Position numbers and translations under genes: made by a program
The notes under the pieces: generated by a model
What the model was told of the DNA's origin: nothing
What the model saw: only the letters and a program-made list of their open reading frames with translations
Databases searched by the model: none
In this document: positions 17,620 through 29,708 of the stretch, piece after piece
Numbering within the stretch: the stretch's first letter is position 1
Layout: the number at the start of each line of letters is the position of its first letter
DNA from: Anaeromyxobacter sp.
GTDB taxonomy: Bacteria; Myxococcota; Myxococcia; Myxococcales; Anaeromyxobacteraceae
Reading direction: 5' to 3'
DNA: 64,000 nucleotides
NCBI GenBank assembly: GCA_049840735.1
Contig: JASGJN010000017.1
Span: 567,291-631,290 of the forward strand

Positions 17620-20209
17620 TCAGCGGATGACCTTGCTGCTCCCGAAGTAGAGCGCCGGGCTGAAATCCAGCACGAAGCCGTCCACGTAGGGCACGTAGAA
17701 CCGGTAGGCCTCCGTGCGCTGCCCCTCGTACTTGCTGCGGTCGAAGGGCACCGCCGGGAAGGGCTGGCCCAGCGAGCCGCCCGAGCCCGAGGGTGCGGCG
17801 CGGTAGGAGGCCGTGAACCCGGCGCGGGTGCCGACCTCGGCGGCCATGTCCCGCCACGGCTTGCCGGTCGTCTCGCCCACCGCCGGCACGAAGCCGACCT
17901 TGAAGGTCAGCGCCGGGCCGTCGGCCAGCGGGAACGGGAACTGCGCCACCGGCCAGCGCGTGACGCAGGCGCCCGAAGAGGCCTGGTCCAGGCACTCGTC
18001 CGAGAGGTGGTAGATGCGCCGGGCCTTGCGCGCGATGGCCAGCTTCTCGCAGCGGGCGCGGCAGACGTCGTCGCAGTCCACCACTGCCGGGCTGGCGGGG
18101 AACGGGTCCGGCCACGGCCAGGGCGAGAGCGGGCAGAGCGCCGCCAGCTGCCACTCGGTCAGCAGGGTGCCGGGCGCGCCCGGATCTGCCTGGAGGTACG
18201 AGAGCGAGTACGCGTCGCCGCTGGAGCTGGTGGCGATCCTGGCGCGGCCCACGTACCCCAGGCCGGCGCTGACCACCACCACCTCGGGCGCGTCCTCGGT
18301 GCCGCCGCCGGCGCGGAGGCTGGCGGGCACGCGCTTCCCCTGGCGCAGCGTCGGGGCGCAGGCGGTCCACTCCGCCGCCGCGGTGCAGTCGGTCTCGCCC
18401 GTCGAGTCGGTCGTGCAGCCCGGCTCGGTGAGCACCAGCGCTCCGCCCGGATAGGCCGCGGTGGGCGGGAGCAGGGCCGAGATGCGGGCCTCGACGGCGG
18501 TGGTCTCGTTGTCGTCGGTGCCGTCCGGGCAGTTGTCCAGCCCCTCGGCGGTGCTGAGCAGGACGATGTCGCCCACGTGGACGCCCAGCGCCGGATCGTA
18601 GACCTGCACCACCTGCGTGCGGCGGGTGCCCCCTGCCCCGTCGGACTCGCTGGTCTGCAGCGCCACCGCCACCGCGTCGCCGTAGGCGAAGGTCTCGGCG
18701 CTGCGCAGCTCGAAGCCGGGCAGGCCGCCCTCGTAGGTGACGCGGAAGGTGTCGCTGGGCGTGTAGCCGGGCGTCACGCCGAAGGCCAGGTTGGCGTAGG
18801 CGTAGATGACGCCGACCTTCTGGTCGTGCTCCGAGTTCTCGTACCAGAAGCCCAGGCGAGGGCTGAGCGGATCACCGGTGTCCAGCGAGGCGATGGCGGT
18901 GCGGGTGGAGGTGCTGTTGAGGATCGAGGTGTCGGACGGGACGGCCCAGCGCGACAGGTCCACGTAGTAGACCCGGCCGTCGCCGCTGGGCACCGCCAGC
19001 AACCCGGTGGTGGTGCGCACGCCGGTGCTGGGCGCGATCTTGAGGTACGGGGCGGCGTACTCGTCGTCCGTGGCCGCCACGGCCGGGGCGATGGCAACGG
19101 TCAGGCCGGTGGGCCGGACCGGCAGCCGGATGGGCGCCAGGTACGGGGCCGCGCCGGAGACGTCCGCCCGGAGCGTGCCGGTGACCGGGTCGATCACCGC
19201 GATGCCGCAGTTGATGATCTGCGACGGCCCGCAGTAGCCCTCGGAGAGGACCGCGTAGACCCGGTCCACCAGCTTCATGCTCCCATCCTCGTTGATCTCG
19301 AAGGGATCGAGATCCGGGTGGTCCGGGTTGGGGTTGTTGGCCACCGAGCCCGGCTTGCGCTCCGAGAGCCGCGTGGCGGCCACCAGGCGCGTGGGGACGA
19401 GCGTGTCGAGCCCGCGCCAGGTCCAGGCGCCCGGGGTGCCGGTCACGTCGAAGTCGGCCACGCCCAGCACGTCCCCGGAGGCGGTGGGGATGGGGTCCTC
19501 GGTGGCCGCGTAGAGGTGCGTGACGTCGAAGGTGTTCACGGCCAGCGAGAGCGCCTGGAACGACTCGCCGTCGAGCGTCAGCGGCTGCACCGTCGCGGTC
19601 TGCGGAGACCGGCACGATGGAGCCGTCCCCGACCCGCTGGTACTCGGCCACCGCCAGCTTCTGCCCGGCCAGGGACGCGATCACCCGCACGCGACCGGTG
19701 GCCGCGCGCCAGCCGCCCGCGCCGTCGGACTCGGGGACCGGCGCCGCCACCGCCGCCACCAGCGGCGCGCCCAGCTCCACGTCGTGGCTCTCGTCGGCCA
19801 CCACGTTGTACGGCGCACCCTCGGCCGTGAGCCAGGTCTGCACCAGCTGCATCCGGGTGGACCCGGCGCCGACCACCACCAGGAGGTCGGCCAGGGGGGC
19901 CTCGTCGGTCGAGTCGCCCAGCGACGCGCCGATCACCTTGGCCGGGTACGGATCGCCGACCGGCACGGACTGCGGGCGGACCAGCACCGGCGCCAGCACC
20001 GCCTTGTCGTCCAGCGCGTCGATCAGGACCAGCTCGTCCTTGCCGCTGCTGGCCACCGCCACGTAGGGGTGGAGCGCCGCGTTCTTGGTGGTGAAGCCCT
20101 CGAAGATCGCCACCGAGGTCGGCTCGTTCAGGCCGACGCCGATGGAGGTGGTGTAGTTCTGGCAGGCGGTGAGCGCCAGCGCCAGGGCGGCGAGCGGCAG
20201 GGCCTTCAC
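17620..20209 (-). CDS. Large lipoprotein of unknown function (frameshift near 19605)
   Basis: Lipobox ALTAC after GTG 20209; two ORF segments with host-like codon pattern join end to end. Confidence 0.75.
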
Positions 20210-21503
20210 TGGGCTTTGCTCCCGATGCGCAGGGGTTTGGACGGATCGGCCTCGTCGTGCACCACGTCGGCCGAGGCCGGGTCGGCCAGGGGCACATCCA
20301 CCGGCGTGACGAAGGCGTCCTCGAAGGAATCCCACGAAGATCCGGGCGACGTCGCCGCGGTCCTGGACCGCCAGCCCGAACGGCAGGTGGCCCAGCACGG
20401 GCCCGCCGGTGGTGGGGTCGCGGCCGAAGACCTTCACCATCGCGCCGGACTCGTCGTCGTAGATCCAGAGCAGGCCGTCCTCGGTGGCGGCGACCGCCAC
20501 CAGGTCGCGCATCCCGTCGCGCGCCGGCAGCACGGCCAGCTCGGAGGCGCCCAGGCCGATGTCGATGGTCCGGACCACCACCGGCCGCGGCTCGCCGAAC
20601 GCGCCCTCGCGCAGCTCCAGCACGACCAGCAGGCCGCCGATGTCGTAGGTGGGGCGGGTGCCGATGGCGGAGGCCACGTCGGCGTCGTAGAGGCGCAGCG
20701 CCACGTACATCCGGCGCACCTCGCCCTCGCGAGGCGTGGAGAGGGCGATGCCGGCCGGCTCCGAATCCGCGGAACAGGCCGTAGAGGTCGAAGGAGCGCA
20801 GCGGGCACCCGCCGGAGAGCTCCGGGTCCCCCACCTTGCAGCCACCGGCCAGCTCCAGCCAGCGGATCAGCGCGGCCGCGCCGCCGTTGGCGGTGCTCCA
20901 GTAGAGCCGGTTGCGCGCGGCGTCAAAGGCGAAGCTGCGCACCGTGCCGACGCCGGTGTCGATGGTGACGCGAGCGCCGGTCTCGAGGTTGAGCGAGCCC
21001 AGGTAGCCCCTGGACCCGAGCGCGCGCAGGTAGCCGACCCAGGCGCGCGAGGTGACCCCGACGCCGCAGGTGAGCGTCACCGCGTACGGGTCCGCCCCGC
21101 CCGCCACGCCCAGGTCCGTCCGGCAGCCGTCGCAGGTGAGCGGACCGCCGTCGAGCGCCACGCGCCAGAGCGCGTTCTCGGTGCGCGAGGTCACGAACGC
21201 CTGCGGCGTCGCGAACGCCGCCCCGCACTCCGGCCCCGCCACGGCCAGCTGCCCGCCGAAGTTGCCGATCCGGATGCCGCTCGGCCCGGCGGCCACGTCG
21301 GCCAGGTCCACCTTTGTCAGCGAGCCGTTGTCGTAGAGCAGGTCGAAGTTGGAGGAGACGACCAGCAGGTCGTCGCCCGACAGGGCGAGGCCGGTCGGGA
21401 ACGCGAAGGCGTCGAGCGGGATGTCCGCCGGCGGCTTGCTCAGCTGGCAAGCCGGCAGGAGCACCGCAGCGAGGAGGGCCAGCCGAGGGAGGAGGGCGCG
21501 CAC
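20206..21503 (-). CDS. Lipoprotein, probable beta-propeller (frameshifts near 20765 and 20330)
   Basis: Lipobox LLPAC; FAFPTGLAL..LLVVSSNFDLLYDNG; repeated beta-strand blades. Confidence 0.7.
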
Positions 21504-21561
21504 GGGGAGGCGCGAACCGTAATCCCCGGTGCGGCGGATGGTCAAGCGCATGAGCCGCCCG

Positions 21562-23658
21562 TCAGGCCTTGGCCGGCAGCTCGGCCTGGATCTTCCGGAA
21601 GTCGGCCACGTCCTGGAAGAGCGACCCCACCCGGCGCAGCAGCCCGAGCCGGTTGGCGCGGACGGCCGGATCCTCGGCCATCACCAGGACGTCGTCGAAG
21701 AAGCCCGCCACCGCCGGCTCCAGCGCGGCCACGCGCTGCAGGACGGCGGCGTAGTCGCGCGCGGTGCGCCGTTCACCCACCTCCGCCTCCACGCGGAGCA
21801 GCTCGTCGTGCAGCCGGCGCTCGGCGCCGTCCTGCAGCAGCCCCGGGTCCACCGCCGACGAGGCCTCGCCCTTGGCCTTCTCTTGGATGTTGGCCACCCG
21901 CTTGAACGCCACCGCCAGCGGGGTGAAGTCCGGGCGCGCCTTGATGGCGGCCAGGGCCTGCAGCCGCTGGTGCGCGTCCACCACGTCGTCGAAGCCGGCC
22001 GCCAGCACCGCCTCGACCAGGTCGCCGTCGTGCGCCTCGGACCAGAGCGCCTTCACGCGGCCGCGGAGGAAGTCGAGCACCTGCGCGGCGACGGCCTTGC
22101 GGTCGGCCGCCAGCTTCACGCCGCCCAGCGTGTCGAGCGCCTTCTCGACCGCCTGCGAGAGCGAGAGGTGGTACCCGCGGGCCAGCAGCAGCCGGAGGAT
22201 GCCGATGGCGGCGCGGCGCAGGCCGAAGGGATCGGCCGCGCCGGTGGCCTTCTCACCCACGCCGATGATGCCCACCAGCTGGTGCAGCCGGTCGCCGAGG
22301 CCCACCAGGGCGCCCAGGTCGTTGCGCGGCAGCTCCTCGCCGGCGCCGATGGGGCGGTAGTGGTCCTCGATGGCGTCGGCCAGCTCGGGGGCCAGCCCCT
22401 CCAGCCGCGCGTAGTGGGCGCCCATGATGCCCTGCAGCTCGGGGAACTCGCCCACCATGCCGGTGTTGAGGTCAACCTTGGCCAGCCGGGCCACCTCGGC
22501 CACGCCGGCCACCAGCTCCTCGCGCCCGAGGGCGCGCGCCAGGGCCTCGGCCACCGCGCCGATGCGCCCGGCGCGATCCAGCTCGGAGCCGAGCTTGGCC
22601 TGGTAGGTGCGCCGGCCCAGGTCGGCCACGCGGTCCGCCAGGGGACGCTTGCGGTCCTCCTCGAAGAAGAAGCGGGCGTCGGCCAGGCGGGCGCGCAGCA
22701 CGCGCTCGTAGCCGTGGCGCGCGACCTTGGGGTCCTTCACCCGGGTGGCCGAGATGGCCACGAAGCGGTTCTTGAGGGTCCCCTTCCCGTCCACCACCGC
22801 GAAGTAGCGCTGGTGGTTGCGCATCTCGGAGATCACCACCTCGGCCGGCAGCTCGAGGTTGGACTTCTCGAACTCGCCGGCGATGCCGGTGGGCGCCTCG
22901 ACCAGGTAGAGCACCTGCTCGACCAGCGACGGATCCGGGCGGGCCACGCCGCCCGCCGCCTTGGCGGCCCGGGCCAGCTCGGCCTCGAGGGCGGCGCGCC
23001 GCTCGGCCGGATCGGCCAGCACGCCGGCCTTGCGCAGCCTGGCCAGGTAGTCCTCGGGCGTGCCCTTGAGCGGGATGGCCTGCGGGGCCAGGAAGCGGTG
23101 GCCGTGGGTGACCTTGCCCGAGACCACCGAGCCGTAGCGCACCTTGAGCGGCTTGCCGCCGTAGAGCGCCACCAGCCAGCGCACCGGCCGCGCGAAGGTG
23201 ACCTCGTCCCAGCGCGAGCGCATGGCCTTGCGGAAGCGCAGCCCGGCCGCGAGCTTCTCCAGCAGCTCCGGCAGCACCTGCGCGGCGCGCCTGCCCTGCT
23301 CCACCTTGGTGACCGCCAGCCGCTCGCCCTTGGGCGTCTGCGCCCGGGTCAGCGCCGACACCTCCACGCCCTGGCTCTTCGCGAAGCCGAGCGCGGCCGG
23401 GGTGGGCTTGCCCTCGGCGTCGAAGGCCTGCGCCACCGGCGGGCCGAAGGCCTCGGTGCGCGCGTCGGCCTGCCTGGCCGCCACGTCCCGGGCCCAGACC
23501 GCGAGCCGCCGCGGCGTGCCCACCGCCTTCACCTCGCCGTGGGAGAGGCGCGCGCCGTCGAGGGCCTTGGCCAGGTCCTCCTCCAGCTGCTTGAGCGCCG
23601 GGGGGACGAAGCCCGCCGGGATCTCCTCGGCACCGATCTCGAAAAGAAGGTCCGCCAT
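21562..23658 (-). CDS. glyS: Glycine--tRNA ligase beta subunit
   Basis: LLFEIGAEEIPA, TPRRL, FARPVRW, EFPELQG, DPFGLRR. Confidence 0.97.
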   Translation of the reverse strand: MADLLFEIGAEEIPAGFVPPALKQLEEDLAKALDGARLSHGEVKAVGTPRRLAVWARDVAARQADARTEAFGPPVAQAFDAEGKPTPAALGFAKSQGVEVSALTRAQTPKGERLAVTKVEQGRRAAQVLPELLEKLAAGLRFRKAMRSRWDEVTFARPVRWLVALYGGKPLKVRYGSVVSGKVTHGHRFLAPQAIPLKGTPEDYLARLRKAGVLADPAERRAALEAELARAAKAAGGVARPDPSLVEQVLYLVEAPTGIAGEFEKSNLELPAEVVISEMRNHQRYFAVVDGKGTLKNRFVAISATRVKDPKVARHGYERVLRARLADARFFFEEDRKRPLADRVADLGRRTYQAKLGSELDRAGRIGAVAEALARALGREELVAGVAEVARLAKVDLNTGMVGEFPELQGIMGAHYARLEGLAPELADAIEDHYRPIGAGEELPRNDLGALVGLGDRLHQLVGIIGVGEKATGAADPFGLRRAAIGILRLLLARGYHLSLSQAVEKALDTLGGVKLAADRKAVAAQVLDFLRGRVKALWSEAHDGDLVEAVLAAGFDDVVDAHQRLQALAAIKARPDFTPLAVAFKRVANIQEKAKGEASSAVDPGLLQDGAERRLHDELLRVEAEVGERRTARDYAAVLQRVAALEPAVAGFFDDVLVMAEDPAVRANRLGLLRRVGSLFQDVADFRKIQAELPAKA

Positions 23659-23690
23659 GTCGTGTCTCTCGTGGTGTGGGGAGGCGCGGC

Positions 23691-24641
<951 letters not shown>

Positions 24642-24713
24642 GCGCGTCGCCTCCGTCACACCGACCCGCGGGGCACGCCAGCGGGCGGCCCCCCGGCTGC
24701 GGGCAAGAGCGGC

Positions 24714-24742
24714 ACCGTAGGGCCCTAAGCTCGCGGTGTCAA
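24714..24742 (-). promoter_or_regulatory. Sigma70-type promoter of glyQS
   Basis: TTGACA-17 nt-TACGGT on the minus strand. Confidence 0.7.
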
Positions 24743-24812
24743 AGGAAATTTTTCACGGGCAGCGGCGGCCGCGGCCCCGCTCCGCCCCAGGGTGAACCGG
24801 GCCCCCGGCCCT

Positions 24813-25583
24813 TCATTCCCCGAGCAGCGGGCCGACCTCGTCGAGGAAGCGCCGCGCCGCCAGCCGGCGGCCGAGCTGGAACTCCACGAAGGCCCCCAGG
24901 GCCTCCCGGGCCTCGCGCCCGGCCGGCGGGGCCAGCGGCTCGCCGGCGGCGGCCGCGAGCCCACCCTCCTGCAGCCGCCGCAGCGCCGCCAGCGTGGCGG
25001 GCGCCAGCCCGGGGCAGCCCGGGGAGGCCGCCGGCGTGCAGGCCAGGCAGAGCGCCCCGCCGTGGCCCGGGTCGAAGCGCAGCCGCGGCGCCTCGTCCAG
25101 CGGCTCGCCGCAGCGGGCGCAGGCGTCCAGCCGCGGCATCAGGCCGGCGGCGCGGAGCGCCCACAGCTCGAAGGCGCGCAGGGCGGCCGGCCGCGCCGGG
25201 GCGCCGTCGAGCAGCGCCAGGTACCCGCCCAGCAGGTCGAAGAGCTCCGGGTGCGGCTCGTGATCCCGCAGCAGCTCGCGGGCCAGCTCGGCGGCGTAGC
25301 CGGCGCAGGCGATGCGGGCCAGGTCGGCCCGGATGCCGCCGAACCCCCGCTCGACCGAGACGCTGTCCAGCCCCAGCAGGTCGGAACCGCCGCGCGACCG
25401 CGCCTCGGCGGTGAGCAGCGTGAAGGGCTCGAGCGCGCCGCCGAAGCGCTTGCGGGAGGCGCGGGCGCCGCGGGCGAACGCCGAGACCTTCCCCTGCTCG
25501 CGCGTGAGCAGCGTGATCACGCGGTCCGACTCGCCGTAGTCGACGGCGCGCAGCACGAACCCGGTGAGCTTGAGGTGGTCCAC
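24813..25583 (-). CDS. recO: DNA repair protein RecO
   Basis: VLRAVDYGESDRVITLLT..GKV..ARGAR; CxxC...CxxC zinc motif; upstream of glyQ. Confidence 0.95.
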   Translation of the reverse strand: MDHLKLTGFVLRAVDYGESDRVITLLTREQGKVSAFARGARASRKRFGGALEPFTLLTAEARSRGGSDLLGLDSVSVERGFGGIRADLARIACAGYAAELARELLRDHEPHPELFDLLGGYLALLDGAPARPAALRAFELWALRAAGLMPRLDACARCGEPLDEAPRLRFDPGHGGALCLACTPAASPGCPGLAPATLAALRRLQEGGLAAAAGEPLAPPAGREAREALGAFVEFQLGRRLAARRFLDEVGPLLGE

Positions 25584-25621
25584 GGCGAGCCTTGTACCGC
25601 GGCGCGGCGGGCGGTGCAGCG

Positions 25622-26227
25622 CTACGGCGCCCAGGAGGCGCGGTAGCGGACGTAGCCCAGGCCGGCCTCCTCGACCTCGACGATGGGCGCGTGGGCGCGC
25701 GACAGCTCCAGGGCCGCGGCGAAGGACTGGCCGAAGGCCCGCATCAGCAGGCGATCGTAGAGCCCCAGCGGGAAGCGGATGCCGATGCGGACGCCGTCGT
25801 CGGCAATCCCCTCCAGCTCCAGCTGCGACCCTCGGTGGAAGTTGGCCCAGCGTGCGCTCGACATGCGGAGCAGCCGCTCCGGCGTGGCCGCCGCCAGCAT
25901 GATCCGGTAGGCGGGGCTCTGGAACATGGCGGTGTCGCGCTGGCGCGACTGGGCCACGGCGGTCTCGTCGGACAGGTTGCGCAGGTCGGCCGCCGCCAGG
26001 AACAGGGCCGCGAAGTGGACCTCCGGGATCCACTCCGGGGCCATGGGCGGATCGCGCACCAGGTCGAGCAGCGGCCCCGCCGGCAGCGCCTCCAGCGCGC
26101 GGCGGTTGGACTCCTCGTCCAGCAGGGCGCGCACGAGCACACCCTTCGCGCGGCACTCCGGATAGGCGTCGAGCCCGCCCGGGAGCATCAGCAAGTATCG
26201 TTCGAGCCGGCGCGCGCCGCCGATCAT
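25622..26227 (-). CDS. Hypothetical protein, resembling myxobacterial DUF2378-like family
   Basis: 201-aa ORF with LPGGLDAYPEC and WANFHRGS; family assignment tentative. Confidence 0.6.
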   Translation of the reverse strand: MIGGARRLERYLLMLPGGLDAYPECRAKGVLVRALLDEESNRRALEALPAGPLLDLVRDPPMAPEWIPEVHFAALFLAAADLRNLSDETAVAQSRQRDTAMFQSPAYRIMLAAATPERLLRMSSARWANFHRGSQLELEGIADDGVRIGIRFPLGLYDRLLMRAFGQSFAAALELSRAHAPIVEVEEAGLGYVRYRASWAP

Positions 26228-26304
26228 GATGCCCGTCCCTGCCCCAGTGCCACTGGCTGCGGCACTCTACGACGTGACACCGACCGTGCGCACGGGGTCG
26301 CGTG

Positions 26305-26688
26305 CTACCCGCGCAGGATACCCCAGGCCAGCGCGGCCAGCGCGGCCAGCGCCGCAGCGGCGGCCAGCAGCACGGCCGGCCGAGGCTGGAAGCGCCGCCC
26401 CTCTCCGCCGGACGCCTTGGCCGGGCCGGCGGCCTCCTCGTAGCGGAGCACCACCTCATCCGGGTCGAGGCCGATCGCCCCGGCGTAGGAGCGAAGGTAT
26501 CCCACCAGGTAAGCGCGGGGCGGCATGCGCTCGGCCTCGCCGGACTCCAGGGCCTCCACCACCCCGGGGGCGAGCTTGGTGGCGCGCGCCACCTCCGCGC
26601 GCCCCAGCCCGCGCAGCTCGCGCTCGCGGGCCAGCCAGCGGCCGAAGGAGGGCAGGCCTTCGCCCGGCGGCGCGTCGGTGCTCGTCAT
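26305..26688 (-). CDS. RodZ-like XRE/HTH membrane protein
   Basis: FGRWLARERELRG..EALESG..YLVGYLRSYA plus C-terminal TM helix. Confidence 0.85.
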   Translation of the reverse strand: MTSTDAPPGEGLPSFGRWLARERELRGLGRAEVARATKLAPGVVEALESGEAERMPPRAYLVGYLRSYAGAIGLDPDEVVLRYEEAAGPAKASGGEGRRFQPRPAVLLAAAAALAALAALAWGILRG

Positions 26689-26690
26689 CG

Positions 26691-27437
26691 TCACTCCAGG
26701 GCCGAGAGCGTCTTGCGGCAGGACTCGCCCTCGGGCGTGGTGGGCCCCAGCTCCACGCAGCGCCGGAACGCCTCCAGCGCGCCGGGTGTGTCGCCCGCCT
26801 TCATGCGCGCCATGCCCAGCGCCCAGTGGGCGTCGGCCCGCTTGTCACAATTGGCCACGTAGGCGTTCAGAGCGTCGAGCGACTCGCGCGTGCGGCCGTC
26901 CTGGTTGAGCAGGCGCGCCAGCTCGCGGTGGCCGTCGCAGTAGCGCGGCGCGATAGCCAGGCACGAGCGCAGCTCGGCGTAGCCTTGCTCCTTGCGCCCC
27001 ATCCGCCACAGCGCCTGCCCCTTGTTGCAGCGGGCCACGTACGGCTCCCGGTACATCAGGTCGGCCAGCGCGGCGTCGAAGGCGGCCAGCGCCTCGTCGT
27101 AGCGCCCGGCCTTGGCCAGCAGCTGGCCCAGGTTGTTCTGGGCCTCGGGGTAGTCCGGCTGCAGCGCCAGGGCCTTCCGGTACTCCTGCTCCGCGTCCTC
27201 CAGCTTGGCGAAGCCGAACTCCAGCGCCAGCCCGCGGCCCAGGTGCGCCTGGGCGAACTTCGGGTCGAACTGCAGCGCGGTGTCGAACTCCTTCAGCGCC
27301 TCCTGGGCGCGGCCGTTGCGCAGCGCCTCCACGCCGAGGTCGTGGTGGATCTCGGCCGCCTTGAGATCCTTCGGGGAGGGGCCGTGGGCGCAGGCCAGGA
27401 GCGCAGCCAGGGCGGCGAGGGCGACGGAGCGGGTCAT
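26691..27437 (-). CDS. tgl: TPR lipoprotein Tgl (type IV pilus secretin pilotin, PilF/PilW-like)
   Basis: Lipobox LLAC, tandem TPRs (EAQNNLG), Cys pairs, location beside RodZ-like gene. Confidence 0.8.
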   Translation of the reverse strand: MTRSVALAALAALLACAHGPSPKDLKAAEIHHDLGVEALRNGRAQEALKEFDTALQFDPKFAQAHLGRGLALEFGFAKLEDAEQEYRKALALQPDYPEAQNNLGQLLAKAGRYDEALAAFDAALADLMYREPYVARCNKGQALWRMGRKEQGYAELRSCLAIAPRYCDGHRELARLLNQDGRTRESLDALNAYVANCDKRADAHWALGMARMKAGDTPGALEAFRRCVELGPTTPEGESCRKTLSALE

Positions 27438-27441
27438 GGGA

Positions 27442-27897
27442 TCAGAACGAGACGAGCAGGCGCCCGATGCGGACCGTGTCCGGCGCGGCCGGCACGGGCG
27501 TCGCGGCGGGGCGCGCCGGCGGGTGGAAGAGCGGGATGCGCTTCATGGTCTGCTCCTGCACCTCCGGCGACAGGTTCCGGAAGTTCAGGTTGTCGAGCAT
27601 GAAGCCCATGGACTCGAGGAAGTGCAGCCCCTCGATCTCGACGGGGCGGTAGTCCTCCAGCGAGAGCTGGCGCTGGGGATGGACGTAGACCACGTTCTCG
27701 CCGCTGCGCGGCAGGTGGAGGCCCACGTAGATGCTGAAGGTGGAGTTGCCGTTCCGCACGCCCACCAGGTGCCCGTAGACCGTCTGGATGGGCCGGCCCG
27801 GGATGGAGACCTGGGGCTGGTTGATGCTCTCGATGACGGCCACCACCTGCTCGCGCAGGGCGGGCACGTGCGTCAGGCTGGGCTCGACCTCGAACAC
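27442..27897 (-). CDS. Conserved myxobacterial protein encoded upstream of tgl
   Basis: REQVVAVIESINQP...EGLHFLESMGFMLDNLNFR; directly abuts tgl. Confidence 0.75.
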   Translation of the reverse strand: MFEVEPSLTHVPALREQVVAVIESINQPQVSIPGRPIQTVYGHLVGVRNGNSTFSIYVGLHLPRSGENVVYVHPQRQLSLEDYRPVEIEGLHFLESMGFMLDNLNFRNLSPEVQEQTMKRIPLFHPPARPAATPVPAAPDTVRIGRLLVSF

Positions 27898-27994
27898 GGT
27901 GTGTGCCTCCGGAGGACAGCTAAACGCCCGCTTCGAGCCGCAGTCAAGATATCGGGGAGCGCGCCGGAAGGGCTCAGGCCCCGCCACCCGAGGC

Positions 27995-28631
27995 TCAGAC
28001 CCCCTTCGTCTCCGGCCCCCAGATCACCTTGTGGATCTGGAGCGAGAGGCGCGAGCGCCCCAGGCCCGCCTCGAGCATCCAGCGCGCCAGGTCCCGGGGA
28101 TCGACGCTCCCCCCACGCCGGGGAGAAGAGCACCTCGACGCGCCCCTCCAGCCCGTGGCGGCGGACCACGTCCAGCGACCAGCGGAAGTCGGCCTCGGAG
28201 CAGACCACGAACTTCACCTCGTCGTGCGGCGCGAGGCGGTCCAGGTAGCCGAAGTCGGTGGTCACCTCGCCGGAGCCGGGCGTCTTCACGTCCACGATCC
28301 GGATCACCTCGCGCGGCAGCCCGTCGAGCGGCCGCTGCCCGTGCGTCTCGATCGTCACCTCGTGGCCTCGCGCCAGCAGCGCCGCGGCCAGCGCCGGCAG
28401 CTCGCGCTGCAGCATGGGCTCGCCGCCGGTCAGGCAGACCAGCCGCGTCGGGTGGCGGGCCACCTCCTCGAGGATGGCCTCCTGGCCCAGCTCGCGGCCG
28501 CCGTGGAAGGCGTAGGCGGTGTCGCAGTAGCCGCAGCGCAGGTCGCAGCCGGTGAAGCGGACGAACACGCAGGGCCGGCCGGCCCGCGAGCCCTCGCCCT
28601 GGAGGCTGAAGAAGATCTCGGTGACGCGCAT
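27995..28631 (-). CDS. queE: 7-carboxy-7-deazaguanine synthase, radical SAM (frameshift in a G-run near 28110)
   Basis: EIFFSLQGEG, FVRFTGCDLRCGYCDT, TGGEP, LQIHKVIW in the shifted frame. Confidence 0.9.
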
Positions 28632-28681
28632 GGTGGATGAGCCCGGAGCAGCCCGGGCCCGCCGCCCGAATCTAACCCGGC

Positions 28682-29371
28682 TCAGTTGCCCGCGGCCACC
28701 GTCCGCACCGCCGCCAGGGCGGGCGCGGCCAGCTCCGGGCGGACCAGCGTCCGCTGCATGCGGCGCCGGGCCGCGGCCACGCTGGTCGGGTAGACCGTGA
28801 ACTGGTCGGGGATTTGCCCCTCCCTGAGGTAGCCCAGGATCCGGTTCGGGCCCGCGTTGTACGCCATCATCGCCACGTCCTCGCGGCCGAAGGCGTCCAG
28901 CAGCCGGCGGTAGTAGCGCACGCCGGCCTGGACGTTGCGCACCGGATCGCGCGGGTCGGCGTCCTGGATGCCGTGGCGCGCCAGCTCGCGGTGGAAGGTG
29001 GGCGTCATGAGCTGCATCAGCCCCACCGCCCCGGCCCCGGACTGCGCCGCGGGGTCGAAGCCGGACTCCACCTCGATGAGCGCCAGGACCGTCTGCGGGT
29101 CGATGCGGGCGCGGGCGGCCTCGTCCACGATGGTGAGCGCGAGCTCCTGCCGCAGATCGCGGTCCAGCGCCGGCATCCGGTACTCGAGGTGGCGCACCAC
29201 CTTCCCGACCACCTCCGCGTTGGCCGGCGGCAGCGCCGGGCCGATGCCGACCTCGGGGCCGGCGTGGAGCGCGGGGTCGCGCGCAAGGGACGTGGGGAAT
29301 CCGACGACCGCAGCCCACACGGCCGCGGACAGACCTATCCCCATGCCGGCTCTCGCGCGCGACATCCTCAT
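28682..29371 (-). CDS. Lytic transglycosylase (SLT domain)
   Basis: ALIEVESGF, GAVGLMQL, AYNAGP motifs. Confidence 0.92.
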   Translation of the reverse strand: MRMSRARAGMGIGLSAAVWAAVVGFPTSLARDPALHAGPEVGIGPALPPANAEVVGKVVRHLEYRMPALDRDLRQELALTIVDEAARARIDPQTVLALIEVESGFDPAAQSGAGAVGLMQLMTPTFHRELARHGIQDADPRDPVRNVQAGVRYYRRLLDAFGREDVAMMAYNAGPNRILGYLREGQIPDQFTVYPTSVAAARRRMQRTLVRPELAAPALAAVRTVAAGN

Positions 29372-29703
29372 GCCTGGGTGCTCTCCTTCTGCTTGGCCAG
29401 CGCGTCCACGCGCTCGGCCACGGCATCGAGCCGCTTCTGCAGCGTCTCGATGTCCTCCCGGGTCGGAATCCGGAAGCGGTTGGCGGCCTTGCGGACCGCG
29501 TCGTCGATGGCCCGCTCGACCTCGCGGCGCTGGGTGGTCAGCCGGTCCCCGAACTCGCGGGCGTGTCGGCGGACGTCCTCCGGCGAGAAGCCGGCCGCGT
29601 CGGCGATGCGGTTGAGGACCTTCTCGGCCTCGGCCTCCGCCGCGTTCACGCCGGCGAGGGCGTTCGACCAGGCTTCCTTGAACATCGTCTGGATGTCGGT
29701 CAT
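29368..29703 (-). CDS. Phasin-like granule-associated protein
   Basis: IPTREDIETLQKRLD C-terminal motif, amphipathic helices. Confidence 0.7.
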   Translation of the reverse strand: MTDIQTMFKEAWSNALAGVNAAEAEAEKVLNRIADAAGFSPEDVRRHAREFGDRLTTQRREVERAIDDAVRKAANRFRIPTREDIETLQKRLDAVAERVDALAKQKESTQA

Positions 29704-29708
29704 GGCGT

